Assembly: GCF_001194135.2 (NCBI RefSeq)
Contig: NC_068985.1
Location: 60,343,027-60,407,026, forward strand
DNA length: 64,000 bases
Reading direction: 5' to 3'
DNA from: Octopus bimaculoides
Lineage: Eukaryota
Shown here: one piece after another, positions 38,997 through 51,755 of the stretch
Layout of the letters: every line of letters begins with the position of its first letter
Position numbering within the stretch: the first letter of the stretch is position 1
Program-made: the position numbers and the translations under genes
Notes under the pieces: model-generated
Databases searched by the model: none
What the model was told of the DNA's origin: nothing
Seen by the model: the letters and a program-made list of their open reading frames with translations, nothing else

Positions 38997-39576
38997 CTTT
39001 GATTCTCAGAACTGTCATTCGGAGCTCCTTAATTTCCGTAAAGCATTTTTATTTATTTACTTTTGTTTTAAAGTGAAAGAGAGGAGAAAGTGAAAGATGT
39101 ATGTACGTATATATAAAATGGACATGAGCATGTGAAAGACAGAGAGAGAGAGAAGAAAGAGAGAAAAGAGAGAGAGAAAGAGACAGAAAGAGAGAGAGAG
39201 AGAGAGAGTGAGTGAAGGGGTGTGTTGTCATGTATACGTACATACATCAATACATATGCATGCATCTTTTTTGTATGTACATGTGCATGTATATGTGTGT
39301 GTGTGAGAGAGAGAGAGAGATAGTGAGTGAGTGACCGTGTGTATTCTCATGTATGTATAAGTGGCTCTCTTTCTCTCTCTTTCACACACACATACACACG
39401 TCTATTTCATATACACGTTCATACATCTTTCACTTTCTCCTTTCTTTCACTTTCTCCTTTCTTTCACTTTAAAACAAAAGCAAATAAATAAAAAAAAATT
39501 ACGGAAATTAACGAATAAAACCAGTTGATCCAGATGACAGTTCTGAGAGTCAAAGCAACAGTTCTGAGAATCAAAG
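38997..39576. mobile_element. Fold-back element with microsatellite-rich interior
   Basis: Arms CTTTGATTCTCAGAACTGT..TTAATTTCCGTAA..TTTTGTTTTAAAGTGAAAGA are inverted at 39370-39576. Confidence 0.75.
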
Positions 39577-39649
39577 CAAAAGATTTCCCCAAGAGAATAC
39601 CATTACAAAAATTATTCCGAGTGCATTCAACGTATCTCAGCTCCAAAGG

Positions 39650-39758
39650 TTTGGCTGCTATTTCTAGCACGCCCTGCTACCACGTAACAGCTATTTGCGA
39701 TAAAGGACCCAAAATACCTGTTACGTGGTAGCAGGGCGTTCAAGAAATTGCAGCCAAA
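39650..39758. other. 41-bp-stem hairpin
   Basis: TTGGCTGCTATTTCTAGCACGCCCTGCTACCACGTAACAG and its reverse complement, with 3 mismatches and a 27-nt loop. Confidence 0.9.
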
Positions 39759-41319
39759 TCTTTCCTTTTCTGGGGAAAGGAGTTGTTTACATGTGATTTC
39801 GAGGTCAAATTCGTTGAAAGCATGTGAAATAACATGGAAAAGAAAAAAGATCCCATGAGACAAAATTCTGTTGCTAGGAAACTCAGACTTTCCAGGTGAA
39901 CTAACGGGTCATGGATAGTTTATTATATGTATAAATTCAGTAACTGGGGTGTTGTTATTTATACCATGACAGTCTTTCCTATAGTTTGCTTTTGCAACAT
40001 CATGCTGCCATGAGAAATAGTATGTTGATTACATTTTGGGGCAGCTTTAAATCACATGTAATATCTTAACAGAGAAATAGTACATAATTGACATTTATAG
40101 TTGCAACTTGAGAATTTAAGAACTTCACTGTTTCAATTGTTCATAAGATATTTTATAGCAATCTCCTACTCTTGGATTGCAAAAGAGTAAGCAATGAGAT
40201 GTGACATTATGCAATGTTCATGAGTCTGAAAGAGACCAGTCAGCTATTTCAAATATTTGCATCAGTATGGTTACTGCAAATGCATTGTGGGATGTTGTCT
40301 TGTCACAAGGAAACTCTGACTACCATAATTTTTAAAGTCTGGTATGGTATTCTTTGGTCAATTTGTTTATGTTTATAGGTTCATAGTACACTTAACACTT
40401 GGTGTGTGTGTGTTTGGAGAGAGAGAGCACTGAGGTAAAAGTCTTGTGTTTGGAAAACAGTTTTTCTGTGTTCAACTCACAGATATTAACATTTTTGCGG
40501 GGTCAAATTCCATCCCTTGTGTGCATTTGTGACATGCAAGGCTCTTGGTATACGTACATAGAGCCTTATGTGCTACACAAGAGACCCTTTACCTTTTAGA
40601 ATTCAGATAATTCTGTCAAATATATTGCCTATTTATTCTCATTGATTTGAATTAATGATGCATTGTCTCATAGCATCAGGATTTCGATGATGTGATAGCT
40701 TCTTTTTAGAATAACAGTGCAACGTAGGTGTGAGAGGCCAGATCTGGCTGGTTTGAACTTAAAAGAGGTAGAATATTTTGGTTGGATGTTTTAAATGCTA
40801 ATGGGTTAGTCTTTGTTTAGACATCTCCCTAGGAAAGGAAAACTTGAATGTGAAACCTGCAACTTTGTTTGCCTCAAACAATATGGATTAGTTCTTCTTT
40901 TCAGGGCAGATGTACGCATAGTTTAGAAAAGCTTCAGGTACAAGCATGCTTGAGTTTTAATATCTCTAATAATATGTTATGTGTTTCCTACTATGGTTAG
41001 CCATAGCCAAACAAAACAATCAATGAAAAATTCCATGATAGAATGAAGGCATATGCCAGAATAAGTAGAAATTCTCTGACCTCCTGCTGCAAGAGGCTTC
41101 CATCATTGTCACATCTATGTAGAGGAGTGTGGTTCTCTCGCAGGACTGAAAAGCTACATCTGTGCAGTTCATGCTCAAAAGAACAATTAAGCTATGGCAT
41201 TGCTTAAAATCGAATTAGAACTATCATGAACGTATATATGTGTGTATGTGTTAATATCCAGTATAATGGTGTACAGTTTTCTCTCCTGTCATATATCTTC
41301 TATTTTCTATATATATAAA

Positions 41320-41500
41320 GATGAGAATATGTTTCTGTCTATCTGTCTGTCTGTGTAAATCCCTAAAACTCGAGAACTATACAACAGATTTCATTCAAAT
41401 TTTATACATGCCTTTCTTAGTTGCATGGGCCAAAAATATTTCAACTTCTTGCCTAATGCGAGCCCAGAGCAATCTCTTAGCTCTTGCACTATTTCAGTAT
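41320..41500 (+). mobile_element. DINE-1/HINE-like (Helentron-derived) short element
   Basis: (TCTG)n core followed by AAACTCGAGAACTATACAACAGATTTCATTCAAATTTT. Confidence 0.5.
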
Positions 41501-41503
41501 TAG

Positions 41504-41572
41504 ATGTATAGACATATATATATAGACATATATATATGTATATGTATAGATGTATATAAGCATGTATACATC

Positions 41573-41654
<82 letters not shown>

Positions 41655-41870
41655 TATATATGTATGTATATATATATATGTTTATATATGTATATATATA
41701 TGTATATATATGTGTATATATATGTATATATATGTATAAATATATGTATATGTATATATATGTGTACATATGTATGTATATATGTGTATATATATATAGA
41801 TGTATATGTAATATGTACACATGTATATACACATATATACGTGCATACATATATTTACATATATAATAAA
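41504..41870. repeat. (TA/TG)n microsatellite
   Basis: Direct reading. Confidence 0.95.
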
Positions 41871-42946
41871 ATATAGGATAAAATCTTTATAAGAATTTAT
41901 CAAGTAGTCAGCATGAAAAAAACCCCATAAGGAAAAAAACTCATCGTTTTTTCCCATAAATATATATAATTTATATAAGGGCATTAACTATATAGTAATG
42001 CCTCTCGCTTAGAGGGACTAAATAAGTCAAAAACTACCAAAAAATAAGCAACATATTTATTGAAAGCGAGGGAAATGCAACTTTCAAAAATTAATCTCCT
42101 AAAAACATTTAACTTAACGGCAAACCACTGGTTTCTCAATTAATACAGCAAAACTGTGAAGTAAGCTGCATCTTTTGTTCATCAGTACAAGTATGGTCGA
42201 GACACAAAAAAATAAACAAAAATCAACATTCCCCGATGTNNNNNNNNNNNNNNNNNNNNNNNNNNNNNNNNNNNNNNNNNNNNNNNNNNNNNNNNNNNNN
42301 NNNNNNNNNNNNNNNNNNNNNNNNNNNNNNNNNNNNNNNNNNNNNNNNNNNNNNNNNNNNNNNNNNNNNNNNNNNNNNNNNNNNNNNNNNNNNNNNNNNN
42401 NNNNNNNNNNNNNNNNNNNNNNNNNNNNNNNNNNNNNNNNNNNNNNNNNNNNNNNNNNNNNNNNNNNNNNNNNNNNNNNNNNNNNNNNNNNNNNNNNNNN
42501 NNNNNNNNNNNNNNNNNNNNNNNNNNNNNNNNNNNNNNNNNNNNNNNNNNNNNNNNNNNNNNNNNNNNNNNNNNNNNNNNNNNNNNNNNNNNNNNNNNNN
42601 NNNNNNNNNNNNNNNNNNNNNNNNNNNNNNNNNNNNNNNNNNNNNNNNNNNNNNNNNNNNNNNNNNNNNNNNNNNNNNNNNNNNNNNNNNNNNNNNNNNN
42701 NAACCACAATAAATGTCCACATAGCACAAGGAGCGAAGACGAAGACAAAATAAACCAGTAAAAAATGTGGACATTTATTGTGGTTTTAGAGTCAGGATTT
42801 GACTGCTATTTTTCAGCATGGCGGTATCTCTTAGATACCCTGTATTATAATTTTATATATATATATACATACACATACATATATACATATACATACATAT
42901 ATACATACATATACACACACACACACATACACACACACACACACAC

Positions 42947-43325
42947 AGGTGCAGGTGTGGCTGTGTGGTAAGAAATTTGGTTCCACAACACATGGTCCTG
43001 GGTTCAGTCCCACTGTATGGTAACTTGGCATATGTTTTCTGCTATAGCCTTCGACCAATCAAAGCCTTGTGAGTGGATTTCGTAGACAGAAACTGAAAGA
43101 AACCAATCGTATATATATATATGTATATATATAAGTGTATGTGTGTGTCTTTGTGTTTGTGTTTCTTCCTCATCACTGCTTGACAACTGCTGTTGGTTTA
43201 TTTATATCCCCATAACTTACTGGTTTGACAAGAAGAGACTGATAGAATAAGTATCAGGCTCATCAAAATAAAAAAAAAAGCATTGGGGTCAATTCATTTA
43301 ACAAAATATTCTTTAGGGCAGTGTT
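42947..43325 (+). mobile_element. tRNA-SINE family B, near full length
   Basis: Head GGCTGTGTGGTAAG..GGGTTCAGTCCCAC, a CORE-like segment, an internal (TA/TG)n tract and the tail. Confidence 0.9.
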
Positions 43326-43375
43326 TCATATTTTTGTTTGCCACTCAATTGTATTGATCAATCTATCTTTCTGTA

Positions 43376-43442
<67 letters not shown>

Positions 43443-43479
43443 TGTATGTATATGTGCATATTTATATCTATTATATAAA

Positions 43480-45186
43480 AGTAAATATCTTTATGTGTGT
43501 TTGTGTGTTACTTTGAGATTCAAAAACTACTGCACCAATCCTAATGAAATTTAGAACACAAAATCCAAGCCTAGGGAGAAGGGTGATGCTGTCTGTTTCA
43601 TACAATTTCATGGACCAAAATTACTGAATGGATCCTTATGATATTTGGAACTTAGATTCAATGCATAAGGGCAGACATAATGCAGTATGTTTGGTTTGAA
43701 TTTGAGGTGGATTTAAAGGGGGCAAAACTTCCCATGAAAATTCATAAATTTGCAATGTTGATGAAATTTCAACCATAGGTAATTGAGACACATCAAGAAG
43801 TATTCTCAAAGTTTCCACTTCTCATGAGGATTCTAAGACACCCCGCTAATGGTGGCCTTAACTCCCAAATTTTAGTAATTTTTTATGATCCAAAACTAGG
43901 TCAAAAGTATTGAATGGATCTTTATGAAATTTGGAAATTATATTCTATGCATAAGGACAGATGTAATGCAGTATATCTTTGAAAGTGAGGGGGCATAAAT
44001 GAGGCCCTAACCCCCATGAAAATTTATATATTTTTGCTGTAGATGAAATTTTAACCATATATATTAGACACAAATGAAGTAATATTTCTAAAATTTCAAC
44101 TTCTTAGAAGTTTGTAAGACCCCTTAATGGGGGCTTAACCCCCACAATTTAGTCATTTTTCCTAAGCCCAGACAAATACTCTTGGAAGCTGTAGGGTCAC
44201 CTGAGCATACATGATGAGTGTTATTTGTAATTCAATGGTACAAGAGTGTAAGACTTTACTTTGAAATATACTTAGATTGTGATTTCTGCAATGTAGTGCA
44301 TAAATTGTCAAGTAAAGGAGAAGCATCTTTGCCTCCACTGATTCAGTTGCAAAGTGTTGAGTAAAGTTATTTGGTTGCAGACCTCATTTCAGTCTTTTTA
44401 TTATCACTAGGTCAGAGATAGTCCCCCAATGGTAACATTGATTTCAAGGCCTTTCCAGATGATTGACTGGTTATTCAAAGAGATTTATAGATTGCAAATT
44501 TATTCTGTCCAGTTACCTATCGGCATAGTGATCATTGGCAAACTCCAGAAATGATGCTTTCATTTCCCCTAAGCCCTCACATCACACAGTTGTTAATGTT
44601 TATTTGAGTTGGGTCACACTCTTCCAATTGCTGTAGATCCATAATGCATCTTACGGCTGTGCCTGTCACCTGTATGGTGAGGAATCCTACACTGGGGAGT
44701 GGTAACGACTAGGGTAGGGTAGCTGACTGCTTACTGTGATCATACATTTTTTGGTTTCCAGTAGCTTTGCTCTCTTTTACAAACCCAGTGAACATACATA
44801 TATTTCCGATTTCAAAGAAATTTGAACAATAGATATAAGACCCAAGTTAAAAAGATTCCCAACAATTCAACTTCTCTAGGGGCCTTAACTCTCACATTTT
44901 AGAGCTCCATGTGCTCCACTTTTCAAGAGCAAAAACCTTTGAATAGATTTCATAAGATTTGGATTTTGGAATCTGGGCATAAAGATGAGTAGTATGGGAT
45001 AAATATGTCATGATTAGAATTTTTGTTAGGGTGTGTAAAGAGGGAAAGAACCCTCATTAAAATTCTTCATCTGCAGTTTTGATGAAATTCGAATCATAGG
45101 TATTCTAGTTCATTAGAGAAAATATAAAAGAAAAGTCTAATTCTTCAATTCCATGTGACATGAGCAAAGCCAGGTATCTCTGCTAG
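43480..45186 (+). mobile_element. Helitron/HINE-like element with 286-bp internal tandem repeats
   Basis: TGAATGGATC units at 43625 and 43911, plus a degenerate third unit near 44950. It ends GCCAGGTATCTCTGCTAG|T at 45186. Confidence 0.6.
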
Positions 45187-45229
<43 letters not shown>

Positions 45230-45959
45230 NNNNNNNNNNNNNNNNNNNNNNNNNNNNNNNNNNNNNNNNNNNNNNNNNNNNNNNNNNNNNNNNNNNNNNN
45301 NNNNNNNNNNNNNNNNNNNNNNNNNNNNNNNNNNNNNNNNNNNNNNNNNNNNNNNNNNNNNNNNNNNNNNNNNNNNNNNNNNNNNNNNNNNNNNNNNNNN
45401 NNNNNNNNNNNNNNNNNNNNNNNNNNNNNNNNNNNNNNNNNNNNNNNNNNNNNNNNNNNNNNNNNNNNNNNNNNNNNNNNNNNNNNNNNNNNNNNNNNNN
45501 NNNNNNNNNNNNNNNNNNNNNNNNNNNNNNNNNNNNNNNNNNNNNNNNNNNNNNNNNNNNNNNNNNNNNNNNNNNNNNNNNNNNNNNNNNNNNNNNNNNN
45601 NNNNNNNNNNNNNNNNNNNNNNNNNNNNNNNNNNNNNNNNNNNNNNNNNNNNNNNNNNNNNNNNNNNNNNNNNNNNNNNNNNNNNNNNNNNNNNNNNNNN
45701 NNNNNNNNNNNNNNNNNNNNNNNNNNNNNNNNNNNNNNNNNNNNNNNNNNNNNNNNNNNNNNNNNNNNNNNNNNNNNNNNNNNNNNNNNNNNNNNNNNNN
45801 NNNNNNNNNNNNNNNNNNNNNNNNNNNNNNNNNNNNNNNNNNNNNNNNNNNNNNNNNNNNNNNNNNNNNNNNNNNNNNNNNNNNNNNNNNNNNNNNNNNN
45901 NNNNNNNNNNNNNNNNNNNNNNNNNNNNNNNNNNNNNNNNNNATATATATATATATATA

Positions 45960-46145
45960 TAATAGAAATATGTTACAAAAACAAAATAGAAACTACACGT
46001 AGAAATGTACGGGGAAAATAAGCAGAAAAATAAGCGAAAATGCACATTGGAAATCAAAAAAAGTAAAGGCTTTTTATGAAAAGTACTGATAGATATATAC
46101 AATTACATGAACTGAAGTAGGAATAAAGGTGATAAAAGTCATTGG
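45960..46145 (-). mobile_element. Penelope-like 3' UTR fragment
   Basis: Reverse-complement homologue of 13070-13205. Confidence 0.75.
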
Positions 46146-46711
46146 GGTATTTTCCATTAAAGTTTTCCGAAAAGTGTTAGTAATACAAATAATATAGAAC
46201 TCTTACAACTGAGGCTTGAACCAGGAATCCATATTTGAGCCATGGAGATCTTATTTCTGTTTCTTTTTGTTGTTGCTGTTGTTGTTGTTGTTACAATAGT
46301 AGAATTGTGTGGCATTTAAAACATCAGAGACCTCAATATAATTAGTTCTAGTTGATATCATTGGATGAACATTGTATCATTTCTCATCAAATAACATTTC
46401 ATATTAATATGTCAAGAGATTGCTTGACTTTCTCAGGAGACACCTTACTTAGTTGGATAAAGTAAAGATTAGTGAATCAACAGAGGGAGAAAATATGATG
46501 AAATACATCTATATGGTTGGTGCCACTATAAGAAAAACCAATTTATTCTAGCATTAACAGAGTTGTAACTTGAAAACAGACTTTTCTGTGTCTCCTTAGA
46601 ACTGTGAACTTCACTAATAATGTTAATAGTTTTTTTGTTCTTTATTTTTTGGAGCTGAAGTTATTACTGCAGCAGCCATTGATAGTGTAAGATGTATTAT
46701 TTGAGACACAG

Positions 46712-46743
<32 letters not shown>

Positions 46744-48183
46744 ACGAGTAGACAAATATATGCACAATACACATGCACATACATATACACACATGTGTAC
46801 ACCCACACATATGCACACACACACACATACTCTTTCACTTTTATACTTGTTTTAGTCACTGAACTACAATCATGCTGGAGCACTGTCTTGATGTATGTAT
46901 GTAGGTATGTGTGTATGCATACGTATGTATGTGTGTATGCATATATATATATATATATATATATATANNNNNNNNNNTAATAATAAGACAGAATGCTAAA
47001 CTGAAAGCATATTTTAATATAGATGTGTATAAAGAGGATTAAAAAGGATTTCTAACCGGCTTTCATTGTAAGGCAAATTTTCAAGAACAGGGAGAATGAA
47101 AATGTTTTTTACAAAAAAATAAAAAATAATATATAAAAAAATAATATATAAAAAATAATAAATATACCAATACATTATATTGTCTTTGAGCTTTTAAAGT
47201 TCAATGGTAATCCATGTAGATAATTGTTAGAAAGATTAGGATGCATGGAATTGAGAGTTGAGTTTTGTTTTAAAAAAAGGGCTGAAAGTTTGTGTAAAGC
47301 AGGAAGTGTGGTGTCAAAACAGGAAGTGTGTCTAAGGGAAGACAATTCTGTGGGTTTTATACTCTTTAGTTGGAGTTCTGGACTCTTTTGTCAACAGGAA
47401 GTTTATGTCTGTTCTTAGATAAATAAGAAGTAAATTTATACGTATTTCACTGGGTAGGCGAGAGAAGGGAATATGGTCACCGAGGGGTTCGTATGTTAAG
47501 AAGTGTTTGGAATTTCTCACCACATTTGTAGTAAGCAAGCTTCTTACCACACAGCTATGCTTGCGCCTATATATATANNNNNNNNNNNNNNNNNNNNNNN
47601 NNNNNNNNNNNNNNNNNNNNNNNNNNNNNNNNNNNNNNNNNNNNNNNNNNNNNNNNNNNNNNNNNNNNNNNNNNNNNNNNNNNNNNNNNNNNNNNNNNNN
47701 NNNNNNNNNNNNNNNNNNNNNNNNNNNNNNNNNNNNNNNNNNNNNNNNNNNNNNNNNNNNNNNNNNNNNNNNNNNNNNNNNNNNNNNNNNNNNNNNNNNN
47801 NNNNNNNNNNNNNNNNNNNNNNNNNNNNNNNNNNNNNNNNNNNNNNNNNNNNNNNNNNNNNNNNNNNNNNNNNNNNNNNNNNNNNNNNNNNNNNNNNNNN
47901 NNNNNNNNNNNNNNNNNNNNNNNNNNNNNNNNNNNNNNNNNNNNNNNNNNNNNNNNNNNNNNNNNNNNNNNNNNNNNNNNNNNNNNNNNNNNNNNNNNNN
48001 NNNNNNNNNNNNNNNNNNNNNNNNNNNNNNNNNNNNNNNNNNNNNNNNNNNNNNNNNNNNNNNNNNNNNNNNNNNNNNNNNNNNNNNNNNNNNNNNNNNN
48101 NNNNNNNNNNNNNNNNNNNNNNNNNNNNNNNNNNNNNNNNNNNNNNNNNNNNNNNNNNNNNNNNNNNNNNNNNNNNNNNNNNN

Positions 48184-48231
<48 letters not shown>

Positions 48232-49009
48232 TAGATTAATAGAGAGAGAGAGAGAGTGAGAGAGAGAGCAGTATATAGATATAAATATATACACATTTCT
48301 CTTGCATTCTCTTTAACCTCACACTTGCATGCAATTCCATCCCCTCACTTCTACATTTTTCTTACACACACACAATGCAATTACACAAATTACTGACTCC
48401 TCACTCCCCCCACCACTAATTCATGTCATTTTACTTCTACACTTGTACACCTCTACACACAGACATTCCACTGCAAAGCACACATGCACCACTCACTTCT
48501 TATACCCATATCAAAACACGTACATACCTATACATGCACACACATACACACCTGCCCCTGATCCCTCCTTAACTCCCTCCTTTGAACTGTATTCCACCTG
48601 GCTCCTAACATCTTGCTCTTTTTTTTCTCAACCACTTCCAAAAAATTAAGACTCTTTCCCTTCCTGTAAAGCTTGATGATGATAATGGCAGTGGTGGTGG
48701 TGGTGGTGGTGATGATGACAAGGATAAGATCTAGTGTTAGTTCCCCAATAAAATATACCTAATACAATCTGTAAAGCGGTTAGTGTTTGATGGAACATCT
48801 CACTGTAGAAACCATGACAAGATTATAAGTATAAACAAGAAGTAATACAGATTGTATTGAGTATGTTTTATTGGGGAGCTTATTGTATTGGCTATGTTTT
48901 ATATCTGTTAAAACTCGTCTTTCCAATTTTTTTAATTTTTATTTTTATTTATTTTTATTTTTTTTATAGTTATTTATTTATTTATTTTTGTTTTTTTTTG
49001 TTTTAGCAG

Positions 49010-49145
49010 TTTGGCAAAGAAACCAATAGAATAAATACCAGACTTGCCAGAAAAATAAGTACTGGGGTTGATTCATTCAACTAAAACACTTCAAGGTGAT
49101 GCCCCTGCATGACCACAATCTAATGACTGAAACAAGAAAAAGATG
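49010..49145 (+). mobile_element. SINE family B 3' part
   Basis: GCAGTTTGGCAAAGAAACCAATAGAATAAATACC..TAATGACTGAAACAAG. Confidence 0.75.
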
Positions 49146-49298
49146 AAAGGGTGATGATTATATGCACACATTGTCTCCCAATTCCCTAGAAATAGCAGCC
49201 AAAATCTCCCTTAAATCACAAAAGAGAAGGCTACATTAGATAGAGAAGTTCAAGAAACCTATATGAAAACAAGATGGTCATAATTGAAATATATTTAA

Positions 49299-49519
49299 CC
49301 CTTTCGATACCAACCTGGCTGAAACCGCTCTAGCTCTGTAGTACAATTGTCTTGTTTTCATAAGTTTTCAATTAAAATCTTCCACCAAACCATAGTCACA
49401 ATTTATGTTCATAACACCAGCTTAATGGTAACTAAGTTATTTTACTAAATTCTTTGTTATATTTAAAATTAATTGAAAGAAACACAAGGCATCTCAAAAT
49501 GAATATGGTAATAAAAGGA
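49299..49519. mobile_element. piggyBac-type MITE
   Basis: TTAA|CCCTTT ... AAAGGA|TTAA. Confidence 0.65.
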
Positions 49520-49653
49520 TTAATCATATGTTTGTTGGATTAGAGCTGATCTGGGACAATAAAACTTTAGATGTTTGAAATACAATGAGATATTTAAAAG
49601 AATATATTTTATAATACCGTTCTATATTTAAGAGATGAGGAATTATGTACATT

Positions 49654-49797
49654 ATTTACATTATTTATATTTGACGGATATTTGTCCTCATCTTGTTTGT
49701 TGTTAACACATTTCAGCTGATATACCCTCCAGCCTTCATTAGGTGTCTTGGGGAAATTTTGAACCTGGGTTCTCATTTCTAAGGTATTTTTTTGATG

Positions 49798-49837
<40 letters not shown>

Positions 49838-50098
49838 GGTCACGGGCATATGGCATAGTGGTTAAGAGCGCGGGCTACTAGCCCCAAGATTCCGAGTTTG
49901 ATTCCAGGCAGTGACCTTAATAATAATAATAATGATAATAATAATAATAATAACAACATAAAAAAAAATACCTTAGGAATGAGAACCCAGTTTCAAAATT
50001 TCCCCAAGACACCTGATGAAGGCTGGAGGGTATATCAGCTGAAACGTGTTAACAACAAAGATGAGGACAAATATCCGTCAAATATAAATAATGTAAAT
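49654..50098. mobile_element. Palindromic element: tRNA-like head, (TAA)n spacers and Penelope-type tails
   Basis: Inverted arms of about 150 bp. The central head has an A-box TGGCATAGTGG (49851) and a B-box GAGTTTGATTCC (49894). The right arm carries CTGATGA..GAAAC, and the left arm has a degenerate CTAATGA..GAAAT copy. Confidence 0.8.
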
Positions 50099-50359
50099 AT
50101 ATTTTATGTATTAAACCAACTAAGAAAAGAACACAAGCTATAAAACAAAACTGTAGGCATTTCAACTGCATTGGAACAGTTAACAGGACACATTTCTCAA
50201 AAAAATCTGAACACAAAAATATTTAATAAATTTAATATTCTTTGAGAAATATTTTGATATTAAAATAAAAAGTGAGCTATTTATTAAATATTTGCAAGTA
50301 ATAAAGTTGATTTATATTAGATGTAATGATATATAAAGGATGGAATATTGTTTTATATA

Positions 50360-50620
50360 CAGGCACAGGTGAGGCTGAGGGTTTAAGGAGCTTACATCCC
50401 AAACACATGGCTTTGGGCTCAGTCCTACAACATGGCACATTGGGCAAGTGTCTTCCACTATAGTCTTGGATTGATCAAAGCCTTGCAAGTAGATTTGGAA
50501 GACAGGAACAGAAAGAAGTGTTGTGTGTGTGTGTACATGTGTTTGTGTGTGTAACTTTGTCTAGATATCACATGATGGTTGTAAATGAGCATCTTCATCA
50601 TATAAGCAATGTTGTTCTTT
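50360..50620 (+). mobile_element. SINE family B 5' part
   Basis: GGCACATTGGGCAAGTGTCTTCCACTATAG (CORE-like). Confidence 0.75.
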
Positions 50621-50650
50621 CCCAATATTCTGTGAAAAACATGTCAGGCT

Positions 50651-51110
50651 ATCATCATCATCATCATCATCCTCATCTTTTAACATCTGTTCTCCATGCT
50701 GAAGGAAGTTGGCCATTTGTCTATTTTGGCATGGTTTCAATGGCTGGATGTCCTTCTTAACACCAACCACTTTACAGAGTGTACTAGGTGCTTATATGTG
50801 GCACCAGCATAGGCGTTTTTATGTGGCGTTGGCATGGGCACTTTTATGTGGCACTAGCACCCACTCTCTTGGCTGAGAATGGGATGTAGAAGATATGCCT
50901 GTGTGCATGGACAGTTCCAATTTTATTAAACTTGGCATATCTTCTCAAGCACAGCAAACCACCAGAAGTCCTTATGAAGAAATATAACCTTGCTAGGAAA
51001 CAGGTGAGGGTTGGTGACAGGAAAGGCATCCAACTGTAGAAATATGCTTCAATAAATTCCATCTAACCCATGTAAGCATTGAAAAGCGGACACTAAATGA
51101 CGATGAAGAT
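50651..51110. mobile_element. Two RTE 3' tail fragments in opposite orientation
   Basis: Minus-strand tail at 50651-50860 and plus-strand tail at 50930-51110 (GAAAAGCGGACACTAAATGACGATGA). Confidence 0.75.
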
Positions 51111-51274
51111 TTTATCTTCTATTTGATATTTTACCTTCTATTTGATATTTCTAATACAGTACTGGAGATCAATATTTTGTCAATTTATGGAATCTTTACT
51201 TGAAAAAAAAAAAGGTTTAAATTGTTGCATTATATGGTGTCTTTTACCTTTCCTCTTTTATCTTTAACTTATTT

Positions 51275-51514
51275 CAATCACTAGACTGTGACCATGCTAT
51301 GACACCACTTTATAGAATTTTAGTCAAATGAATTGACCCTAGTACTTATATGTTCTGCTTTTTTGTAAGCTTAGTACTATTTTTTTTAATCTCTTTTGCT
51401 GAACTGCTAAGTTATGGGGATGTAAACACACCTACTATGGTTGTCAAGCAATAGTGGGGAGAAAAACAGACACACACACAAACACACACACACACATACG
51501 TGAATACACACACG

Positions 51515-51551
<37 letters not shown>

Positions 51552-51755
51552 TCTTTTATTCTTTTATGTATTTCAGCCCAAAGCCTGTGGCTGTGCTGGA
51601 GCAACAGTCGGCTTCTTTGAATTTCTGCTTTCCAAACCCACTCACAAGGCTATATATAGTAGAAGGCACTTGCCCAAAGTGCCACACAATGGGTCTGCAT
51701 CTACAACCATGTGATTGGGAAGCAAACTTCTTACCACACAGCCATGCCTGTACCT
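51275..51755 (-). mobile_element. tRNA-SINE family B
   Basis: Tail, long (CA)n core and head. Confidence 0.85.

Noticed and set aside
41040-41180. SLAGLKSYICAVH, a faint relative of the 63.7 kb zinc finger
   Set aside because: The Cys/His spacing is broken and it is too short to support.
47180-47500. Possible Penelope N-terminal ORF remnant on the minus strand
   Set aside because: No diagnostic motif could be confirmed without a search.
49844-49916. Possible tRNA gene
   Set aside because: A and B boxes are present, but there is no proper acceptor stem or cloverleaf. It is treated as a SINE head.
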